A stretch of DNA of 64,000 nt. It comes from the human T2T-CHM13v2.0 reference genome, Homo sapiens. Shown here piece after piece: positions 53,981 through 64,000 of this stretch. The translations under genes were made by a program, and so were the position numbers. The DNA lies in NCBI RefSeq assembly GCF_009914755.1, contig NC_060948.1. One strand, 5' to 3'. Positions within the stretch are counted from its first letter, which is position 1, and every line of letters starts with the position of its first letter. The notes beneath the pieces are model-generated. The model ran no database searches. It was not told where the DNA came from and saw only the letters and a list, made by a program, of their open reading frames with translations.

Positions 53981-56900
53981 GGCCTGGAATAAATTGGAAT
54001 GCTACGGTCTCGAATGGAATAAAAATGTATGGAATGGAATGCAATGAAACGGAATCGAATGTCATAGAATGTAATGGAATGCAAAAAAATGGAATCCAAA
54101 ATCATTGACTGGAAAGGCTGGGTGTCGAAAGGAATTGACTCCAATGGAATGGAATCGAATGGAATGGAAGTGAATAGAATCGAACTAAATCGAATGGAAT
54201 GGAATTGATAGGAACGGAATGGAAAGGAATGCAATGATTTGGCATGGAATGGAATCGAATGGCATCGAATGGAATGGAATGGAATGCAATGGAATGGAAT
54301 GTATTAGAATGTAATGAACTTTAATGGAATGTACTCGAATGGATTCGACTGGAATGGAATGTTCTGGAAGTGAATGGACTCCAATGGAATGGATTCAAAA
54401 GGAATGGAATCGTACGGAATGGAATCTAATGGAATGGAATTAAATGGAAATGAATCAAATTGAATAGCACGGAATTGAATTGAATGGAATGGAATGCAAT
54501 GGAATCTAATGAAACGGAAAGGAAAGGAATGGAATGGAATGGAATGGGCTGGAATGGAAAGGAATCGAAACGAATGGAATGGAATCGAACTGAAGAGACT
54601 GGAATGGAATGCACTGGAATGGAAGGGAGTGTAATGGAAGGTTGTCGAAAAAAATGGAATCGAATGGAATGGAATTGAATGGAACGGAATAGAGTCGAAT
54701 GGAATTGAATGGAATGGAATGGACTAGAGTGAAATGGAATCGAACCACAAGGAATGGACAGGAATAGAATGGTCTCGAATTGAATGGAATCGTATGGAAT
54801 GGCATCAAACGGAATGGAATGGACAGCCACGGAATGGAATGCACTCGAATGCAATGGAGTCGAAACAAATGGACTGGAATAGAATGGACTCGACTGGTAC
54901 GGACTCCAATGGAATGGAATCGAATGGAAGGGAATCGAACGGAAGGGAATCGAACGGAATGGACTCGAAGGGAAAAGACTGCAATGGAAAGGTCTCGAAT
55001 GGAATGGAAATTAATGGAATGGAATGGAATCGAATGAAATGGAGTCAAAAGGAATGGAATCGAATGGCAAGAAATCGAATGTAATGGAATCGCCAGGAAT
55101 TGATGTGAACGGAACGGAATGGAATGGAATCCAAAGGAATGGAATAGAATGGAATGGAATCGAATGGAAAGGACTCGAATGGAAATCACTCGAATAGAAT
55201 GCAATTTAATAAAATAGGATCAAATGTAATGGAATGGAATGGAAAGGAATCGAAACGAAAGGAATGGAGACAGATGGAATGGAATGGAACAGAGAGCAAT
55301 GGTATAGAATGGAATGGAATCATCTGGAATGGAATTGAATGGAATGGAATAATATGAAATGGAATGGAATGGAATGGAATGGAATGCCCTTGAATTAAAT
55401 GGACTGGAATGGAATGGACTCAAACAGAGTGGAATGGAAAGTGTGGAGATAGAATGGAATGAACTCCTTTGGAATGGTGTAGTATGCAATGCAATCGACT
55501 GGCAGGGAATCAAAAGGAATGTAATCGAATGGATTGGACTGGAATGCAATGGACTCGAATAGATTGGAAACGGAATGCAAAGGAATGGAATGGAATAGTA
55601 TGGAATGCAATGGAAGGGAATGGAGTGGAATAGACTAGAGTGGAATGGAATGGACTGGAAAGCAATGGACTGGAATGGAACTTTCTTGGATGGACTGGAA
55701 CCAAACGGAATGGAATGCAATGCAATCAAATGGCATGGAATAAAATAGAATGAAAGAGAATCAAATGGAATTGAATCGAATGGAATCGAATGGATTGGAA
55801 AGGAATAGAATGGAATGGAATGGAATTGACTCAAATGGAATGGACTAGAATGGAATGGATTCGAATGGAAGGCAAAGGAATGGAATCTATTGGAATGGAC
55901 TGTAATGGAATGGAATGGAAGGGATTGGAATGGACTCGAATGGAATGGACTGCAATAGAAAGGATTCGAATGGAATGAAAAAGAATTGAATGGAATAGAA
56001 CAGAATGGAATCAAATCGAATGAAATGGAATGGAATAGAAAGGAATGGAATGAAATGGAATGGAAAGGATTCGAATGGAATGCAATCGAATGGAATGGAA
56101 TCGAACGGAATGGAATAAAATGGAAGAAAACTGGCAAGAAATGGAATCGAAATGAATGGAGTGTTATGGAACGGACTCAAAAGGAATTGAATGTAATAGA
56201 ATGGAGTGGAGTGGACTCGAATATAATGGACTGGAATGGAATGAAATCACATGGAATGGGAACGAATGGAATGGAATGGAAAGGAATGGAATCGAATGGA
56301 AAGGAATCGAATGGAAGGGAATGAAATTGAATCAACAGGAATGGAAGGGAATAGAATAGACGGTAATGGAATGGACTCGAATAGAATGGACACGAATGCT
56401 CAAATTAAATGGACTCGAATGGAATGGAAACGAAAGGAATGTCATCGAATGGAATTGAATCGATTGGAATGAAATCGCATAGAATGGAGTGGAATCAAAT
56501 GGAATTGAATCGAAAGGAAAGGAAGCGAATGGACTGAAATGAAATGGAATGGAATTGAATGGAAAGTAATGCAATGGAATAGAATGGAACGAAATTTCAC
56601 GGAATGGAATCAAACTGAATGGAATCAAATCAATGGAATCAAATCAAATGGAATGGAAAGGAATTGAATGGAGTAGATGGGATTGGATGGGATTGGAATG
56701 AAATGTACTGGAAAGGACTCGAATTTCATGAAACGGAATGGAATGAATTGGAACGGAATGGACTCGAATGGAATGGAATGTCATGGGATTGCATCAAATG
56801 GAATGGCATCAAATGGAATGGAATCGAATGCAATGGAATGCTATGGAATGGAATGGAATGCATTGGAATGGAATGTCCTCTAATGGAATGGATTCGAGTG

Positions 56901-57564
56901 GAATGGAATTGAATATAATGGAGTCGAATGAAATGGAATTGAAAGGAATGGGATCGAATACAATGGAATATACTGGAATGTAACGTAATGAACTCGAATG
57001 TAATTGACTGGAATGGAATGTACATGAATGGAATGTAATCGAATGGAAAGTAATCCAATGGAATAGAATCTAATGCAATAAAATCGACTCAGATAGAGTA
57101 GAATGTAATGGAATGGAGTGCAGTGCAATGGAATGGAATGGAATGGAATGCAATGGAATGGAATGGAATGGAATGGAATGGAATGGAATGGAATGGAATG
57201 GGATGGAATGGTATGGAATGGATAGTAATGGACTGGAGTGAAATGGACTGGAAAGGAATGGACTCAAATTGAAAGGGCTCGAAAGGAATGGAGTCAAATG
57301 GAATGGTCTGGAATGGAATGAACACGAATGTAATGCAACCCAATAGAATGGAATCGAATGGCATGGAATATAAAGAAATGGAATCGAAGAGAATGGAAAC
57401 AAATGGAATGGAATTGAATGGAATGGAATTGAATGGAATGGGAACGAATGGAGTGAAATTGTATGCAGTAGAAGAGAATAGAATGGAATGCAAGCGAAAG
57501 GAAAGGAATGGATTGGAATGGAATGGAATTCATTGGAATGGAAGGGAATGTAGTGTAATGGACA
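53981..57564 (+). repeat. DYZ1 unit H16 (3,584 bp)
   Basis: GGCC 53981 to 57565. Confidence 0.93.
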
Positions 57565-60500
57565 GGCCTGGAATAAAGTGGAATGCTACGGTCTCGAATG
57601 GAATAAAAATGTATGGAATGGAATGCAATGAAACGGAATCGAATGTCATAGAATGTAATGGAATGCAAAAAAATGGAATCCAAAATCATTGACTGGAAAG
57701 GCTGGGTGTCGAAAGGAATTGACTCCAATGGAATGGAATCGAATGGAATGGAAGTGAATAGAATCGAACTAAATCGAATGGAATGGAATTGATAGGAACG
57801 GAATGGAAAGGAATGCAATGATTTGGCATGGAATGGAATCGAATGGCATCGAATGGAATGGAATGGAATGCAATGGAATGGAATGTATTAGAATGGAATG
57901 AACTTTAATGGAATGTACTCGAATGGATTCGACTGGAATGGAATGTTCTGGAAGTGAATGGACTCCAATGGAATGGATTCAAAAGGAATGGAATCGTACG
58001 GAATGGAATCTAATGGAATGGAATTAAATGGAAATGAATCAAATTGAATAGCACGGAATTGAATTGAATGGAATGGAATGCAATGGAATCTAATGAAACG
58101 GAAAGGAAAGGAATGGAATGGAATGGAATGGGCTGGAATGGAAAGGAATCGAAACGAATGGAATGGAATCGAACTGAAGAGACTGGAATGGAATGCACTG
58201 GAATGGAAGGGAGTGTAATGGAAGGTTGTCGAAAAAAATGGAATCGAATGGAATGGAATTGAATGGAACGGAATAGAGTCGAATGGAATTGAATGGAATG
58301 GAATGGACTAGAGTGAAATGGAATCGAACCACAAGGAATGGACAGGAATAGAATGGTCTCGAATTGAATGGAATCGTATGGAATGGCATCAAACGGAATG
58401 GAATGGACAGCCACGGAATGGAATGCACTCGAATGCAATGGAGTCGAAACAAATGGACTGGAATAGAATGGACTCGACTGGTACGGACTCCAATGGAATG
58501 GAATCGAATGGAAGGGAATCGAACGGAAGGGAATCGAACGGAATGGACTCGAAGGGAAAAGACTGCAATGGAAAGGTCTCGAATGGAATGGAAATTAATG
58601 GAATGGAATGGAATCGAATGAAATGGAGTCAAAAGGAATGGAATCGAATGGCAAGAAATCGAATGTAATGGAATCGCCAGGAATTGATGTGAACGGAACG
58701 GAATGGAATGGAATCCAAAGGAATGGAATAGAATGGAATGGAATCGAATGGAAAGGACTCGAATGGAAATCACTCGAATAGAATGCAATTTAATAAAATA
58801 GGATCAAATGTAATGGAATGGAATGGAAAGGAATCGAAACGAAAGGAATGGAGACAGATGGAATGGAATGGAACAGAGAGCAATGGTATAGAATGGAATG
58901 GAATCATCTGGAATGGAATTGAATGGAATGGAATAATATGAAATGGAATGGAATGGAATGGAATGGAATGCCCTTGAATTAAATGGACTGGAATGGAATG
59001 GACTCAAACAGAGTGGAATGGAAAGTGTGGAGATAGAATGGAATGAACTCCTTTGGAATGGTGTAGTATGCAATGCAATCGACTGGCAGGGAATCAAAAG
59101 GAATGTAATCGAATGGATTGGACTGGAATGCAATGGACTCGAATAGATTGGAAACGGAATGCAAAGGAATGGAATGGAATAGTATGGAATGCAATGGAAG
59201 GGAATGGAGTGGAATAGACTAGAGTGGAATGGAATGGACTGGAAAGCAATGGACTGAAATGGAACTTTCCTGAATGGACTGGAATCAAACGGAATGGAAT
59301 GCAATGCAATCAAATGGCATGGAATAAAATAGAATGAAAGAGAATCAAATGGAATTGAATCGAATGGAATCGAATGGATTGGAAAGGAATAGAATGGAAT
59401 GGAATGGAATTGACTCAAATGGAATGGACTAGAATGGAATGGATTCGAATGGAAGGCAAAGGAATGGAATCTATTGGAATGGACTGTAATGGAATGGAAT
59501 GGAAGGGATTGGAATGGACTCGAATGGAATGGACTGCAATAGAAAGGATTCGAATGGAATGAAAAAGAATTGAATGGAATAGAACAGAATGGAATCAAAT
59601 CGAATGAAATGGAATGGAATAGAAAGGAATGGAATGAAATGGAATGGAAAGGATTCGAATGGAATGCAATCGAATGGAATGGAATCGAACGGAATGGAAT
59701 AAAATGGAAGAAAACTGGCAAGAAATGGAATCGAAATGAATGGAGTGTTATGGAACGGACTCAAAAGGAATTGAATGTAATAGAATGGAGTGGAGTGGAC
59801 TCGAATATAATGGACTGGAATGGAATGAAATCACATGGAATGGGAACGAATGGAATGGAATGGAAAGGAATGGAATCGAATGGAAAGGAATCGAATGGAA
59901 GGGAATGAAATTGAATCAACAGGAATGGAAGGGAATAGAATAGACGGTAATGGAATGGACTCGAATAGAATGGACACGAATGCTCAAATTAAATGGACTC
60001 GAATGGAATGGAAACGAAAGGAATGTCATCGAATGGAATTGAATCGATTGGAATGAAATCGCATAGAATGGAGTGGAATCAAATGGAATTGAATCGAAAG
60101 GAAAGGAAGCGAATGGACTGAAATGAAATGGAATGGAATTGAATGGAAAGTAATGCAATGGAATAGAATGGAACGAAATTTCACGGAATGCAATCAAACT
60201 GAATGGAATCAAATCAATGGAATCAAATCAAATGGAATGGAAAGGAATTGAATGGAGTAGATGGGATTGGATGGGATTGGAATGAAATGTACTGGAAAGG
60301 ACTCGAATTTCATGAAACGGAATGGAATGAATTGGAACGGAATGGACTCGAATGGAATGGAATGTCATGGGATGGCATCAAATGGAATGGCATCAAATGG
60401 AATGGAATCGAATGCAATGGAATGCTATGGAATGGAATGGAATGCATTGGAATGGAAAGTCCTCTAATGGAATGGATTCGAGTGGAATGGAATTGAATAT

Positions 60501-61143
60501 AATGGAGTCGAATGAAATGGAATTGAAAGGAATGGGATCGAATACAATGGAATATACTGGAATGTAACGTAATGAACTCGAATGTAATTGACTGGAAAGG
60601 AATGTACATGAATGGAATGTAATCGAATGGAAAGTAATCCAATGGAATAGAATCTAATGCAATAAAATCGACTCAGATAGAGTAGAATGTAATGGAATGG
60701 AGTGCAGTGCAATGGAATGGAATGGAATGGAATGCAATGGAATGGAATGGAATGGAATGGAATGGAATGGAATGGAATGGGATGGAATGGTATGGAATGG
60801 ATAGTAATGGACTGGAGTGAAATGGACTGGAAAGGAATGGACTCAAATTGAAAGGGCTCGAAAGGAATGGAGTCAAATGGAATGGTCTGGAATGGAATGA
60901 ACACGAATGTAATGCAACCCAATAGAATGGAATCGAATGGCATGGAATATAAAGAAATGGAATCGAAGAGAATGGAAACAAATGGAATGGAATTGAATGG
61001 AATGGAATTGAATGGAATGGGAACGAATGGAGTGAAATTGTATGCAGTAGAAGAGAATAGAATGGAATGCAAGCGAAAGGAAAGGAATGGATTGGAATGG
61101 AATGGAATTCATTGGAATGGAAGGGAATGTAGTGTAATGGACA
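57565..61143 (+). repeat. DYZ1 unit H17 (3,579 bp)
   Basis: GGCC 57565 to 61144. Confidence 0.93.
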
Positions 61144-64000
61144 GGCCTGGAATAAAGTGGAATGCTACGGTCTCGAATGGAATAAAAATGTATGGAATGG
61201 AATGCAATGAAACGGAATCGAATGTCATAGAATGTAATGGAATGCAAAAAAATGGAATCCAAAATCATTGACTGGAAAGGCTGGGTGTCGAAAGGAATTG
61301 ACTCCAATGGAATGGAATCGAATGGAATGGAAGTGAATAGAATCGAACTAAATCGAATGGAATGGAATTGATAGGAACGGAATGGAAAGGAATGCAATGA
61401 TTTGGCATGGAATGGAATCGAATGGCATCGAATGGAATGGAATGGAATGCAATGGAATGGAATGTATTAGAATGGAATGAACTTTAATGGAATGTACTCG
61501 AATGGATTCGACTGGAATGGAATGTTCTGGAAGTGAATGGACTCCAATGGAATGGATTCAAAAGGAATGGAATCGTACGGAATGGAATCTAATGGAATGG
61601 AATTAAATGGAAATGAATCAAATTGAATAGCACGGAATTGAATTGAATGGAATGGAATGCAATGGAATCTAATGAAACGGAAAGGAAAGGAATGGAATGG
61701 AATGGAATGGGCTGGAATGGAAAGGAATCGAAACGAATGGAATGGAATCGAACTGAAGAGACTGGAATGGAATGCACTGGAATGGAAGGGAGTGTAATGG
61801 AAGGTTCTCGAAAAAAATGGAATCGAATGGAATGGAATTGAATGGAACGGAATAGAGTCGAATGGAATTGAATGGAATGGAATGGACTAGAGTGAAATGG
61901 AATCGAACCACAAGGAATGGACAGGAATAGAATGGTCTCGAATTGAATGGAATCGTATGGAATGGCATCAAACGGAATGGAATGGACAGCCACGGAATGG
62001 AATGCACTCGAATGCAATGGAGTCGAAACTAATGGACTGGAATAGAATGGACTCGACTGGTACGGACTCCAATGGAATGGAATCGAATGGAAGGGAATCG
62101 AACGGAAGGGAATCGAACGGAATGGACTCGAAGGGAAAAGACTGCAATGGAAAGGTCTCGAATGGAATGGAAATTAATGGAATGGAATGGAATCGAATGA
62201 AATGGAGTCAAAAGGAATGGAATCGAATGGCAAGAAATCGAATGTAATGGAATCGCCAGGAATTGATGTGAACGGAACGGAATGGAATGGAATCCAAAGG
62301 AATGGAATAGAATGGAATGGAATCGAATGGAAAGGACTCGAATGGAAATCACTCGAATAGAATGCAATTTAATAAAATAGGATCAAATGTAATGGAATGG
62401 AATGGAAAGGAATCGAAACGAAAGGAATGGAGACAGATGGAATGGAATGGAACAGAGAGCAATGGTATAGAATGGAATGGAATCATCTGGAATGGAATTG
62501 AATGGAATGGAATAATATGAAATGGAATGGAATGGAATGGAATGGAATGCCCTTGAATTAAATGGACTGGAATGGAATGGACTCAAACAGAGTGGAATGG
62601 AAAGTGTGGAGATAGAATGGAATGAACTCCTTTGGAATGGTGTAGTATGCAATGCAATCGACTGGCAGGGAATCAAAAGGAATGTAATCGAATGGATTGG
62701 ACTGGAATGCAATGGACTCGAATAGATTGGAAACGGAATGCAAAGGAATGGAATGGAATAGTATGGAATGCAATGGAAGGGAATGGAGTGGAATAGACTA
62801 GAGTGGAATGGAATGGACTGGAAAGCAATGGACTGGAATGGAACTTTCTTGGATGGACTGGAACCAAACGGAATGGAATGCAATGCAATCAAATGGCATG
62901 GAATAAAATAGAATGAAAGAGAATCAAATGGAATTGAATCGAATGGAATCGAATGGATTGGAAAGGAATAGAATGGAATGGAATGGAATTGACTCAAATG
63001 GAATGGACTAGAATGGAATGGATTCGAATGGAAGGCAAAGGAATGGAATCTATTGGAATGGACTGTAATGGAATGGAATGGAAGGGATTGGAATGGACTC
63101 GAATGGAATGGACTGCAATAGAAAGGATTCGAATGGAATGAAAAAGAATTGAATGGAATAGAACAGAATGGAATCAAATCGAATGAAATGGAATGGAATA
63201 GAAAGGAATGGAATGAAATGGAATGGAAAGGATTCGAATGGAATGCAATCGAATGGAATGGAATCGAACGGAATGGAATAAAATGGAAGAAAACTGGCAA
63301 GAAATGGAATCGAAATGAATGGAGTGTTATGGAACGGACTCAAAAGGAATTGAATGTAATAGAATGGAGTGGAGTGGACTCGAATATAATGGACTGGAAT
63401 GGAATGAAATCACATGGAATGGGAACGAATGGAATGGAATGGAAAGGAATGGAATCGAATGGAAAGGAATCGAATGGAAGGGAATGAAATTGAATCAACA
63501 GGAATGGAAGGGAATAGAATAGACGGTAATGGAATGGACTCGAATAGAATGGACACGAATGCTCAAATTAAATGGACTCGAATGGAATGGAAACGAAAGG
63601 AATGTCATCAAATGGAATTGAATCGATTGGAATGAAATCGCATAGAATGGAGTGGAATCAAATGGAATTGAATCGAAAGGAAAGGAAGCGAATGGACTGA
63701 AATGAAATGGAATGGAATTGAATGGAAAGTAATGCAATGGAATAGAATGGAACGAAATTTCACGGAATGGAATCAAACTGAATGGAATCAAATCAATGGA
63801 ATCAAATCAAATGGAATGGAAAGGAATTGAATGGAGTAGATGGGATTGGATGGGATTGGAATGAAATGTACTGGAAAGGACTCGAATTTCATGAAACGGA
63901 ATGGAATGAATTGGAACGGAATGGACTCGAATGGAATGGAATGTCATGGGATTGCATCAAATGGAATGGCATCAAATGGAATGGAATCGAATGCAATGGA
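61144..64000 (+). repeat. DYZ1 unit H18, partial (truncated by window end)
   Basis: Starts at GGCC 61144; collinear with the other copies to 64000. Confidence 0.9.

Larger units (their letters stand above)
1..64000 (+). repeat. DYZ1: Human Satellite III (HSat3) array of DYZ1 type (Yq12 heterochromatin): degenerate (GGAAT)n pentamers in a ~3.56-kb higher-order tandem unit, ~18 copies, one orientation
   Basis: GGAAT and variants (CGAAT, GGACT, GCAAT, TGAAT) run end to end. Unique landmarks such as ggacaggcctggaataaagtgga, ggctgggtgtcg, gaaccacaagg and gaactcctttgg recur every 3.45-3.59 kb. Copy H3 is exactly 3,564 bp, the classical DYZ1 unit length. The minus strand from the HaeIII site reads CCTGTCCATTACACTACATTCCC..., which I recognise as the start of the reference DYZ1 HaeIII unit (from memory, not a database search). 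Confidence 0.97.

Noticed and set aside
102-63791. Hundreds of ORFs, including recurring 305-aa (- strand, e.g. 1825-2742), 174-aa and 134-aa frames
   Set aside because: They are translations of (GGAAT)n or (ATTCC)n, giving MEWNG and FHSIP repeats. The pure pentamer has no stop codon in any frame, so long ORFs are expected. They overlap in several frames, show no domain-like sequence, and are freely broken or fused between copies (e.g. stops at 9458, 16606, 36201).
1-64000. CRISPR-like or other repeat-spacer array
   Set aside because: There are no unique spacers; the entire 3.56-kb unit repeats nearly identically, and there are no cas-like genes. This is eukaryotic satellite DNA.
1-64000. 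DYZ2/HSat1B block, Alu or L1 insertion, telomeric repeat, or orientation switch
   Set aside because: I looked for AT-rich or Alu-like sequence, poly(A) tails, TTAGGG and CATTC-on-plus segments and saw none; all 18 copies are collinear.
1-64000. Defined ncRNA gene (SatIII or Yq12 testis transcripts)
   Set aside because: Transcription of such arrays is reported, but no start, end or strand can be assigned from sequence alone.

Overview
The whole 64-kb window is one uninterrupted, single-orientation block of human Satellite III DNA, with the (GGAAT)n strand on +. Degenerate pentamers are organised into a ~3.56-kb higher-order unit repeated head-to-tail about 18 times: 17 complete HaeIII-delimited copies of 3,449-3,589 bp, numbered H1-H17 here, plus two partial copies. 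Unit length, the single HaeIII/StuI site and single EcoRI site per unit, and diagnostic sequences identify it as DYZ1, the Y-chromosome Yq12 heterochromatin repeat. I see no credible protein-coding genes, RNA genes, transposons, DYZ2 blocks or inversions; every ORF in the track is a pentamer-translation artefact. I cannot support a new gene system. The informative signal is in the copy-to-copy differences. (i) Each unit has a perfect heat-shock element in all 18 copies, a second one intact in only 8 of 18 copies, and a third gained in one copy. (ii) There is a very recent single-unit tandem duplication, a two-unit (~7.15 kb) duplication with a probable conversion patch, and long-range shared variants. 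(iii) There is a 110-bp deletion flanked by 19 bp of homology, recurrent 15-bp indels and a hypervariable pure GGAAT tract. (iv) Four fixed register shifts give a net -1 bp per unit. (v) G>T and GG>TT changes appear to be in excess. All comparisons were made by eye and need alignment to confirm.
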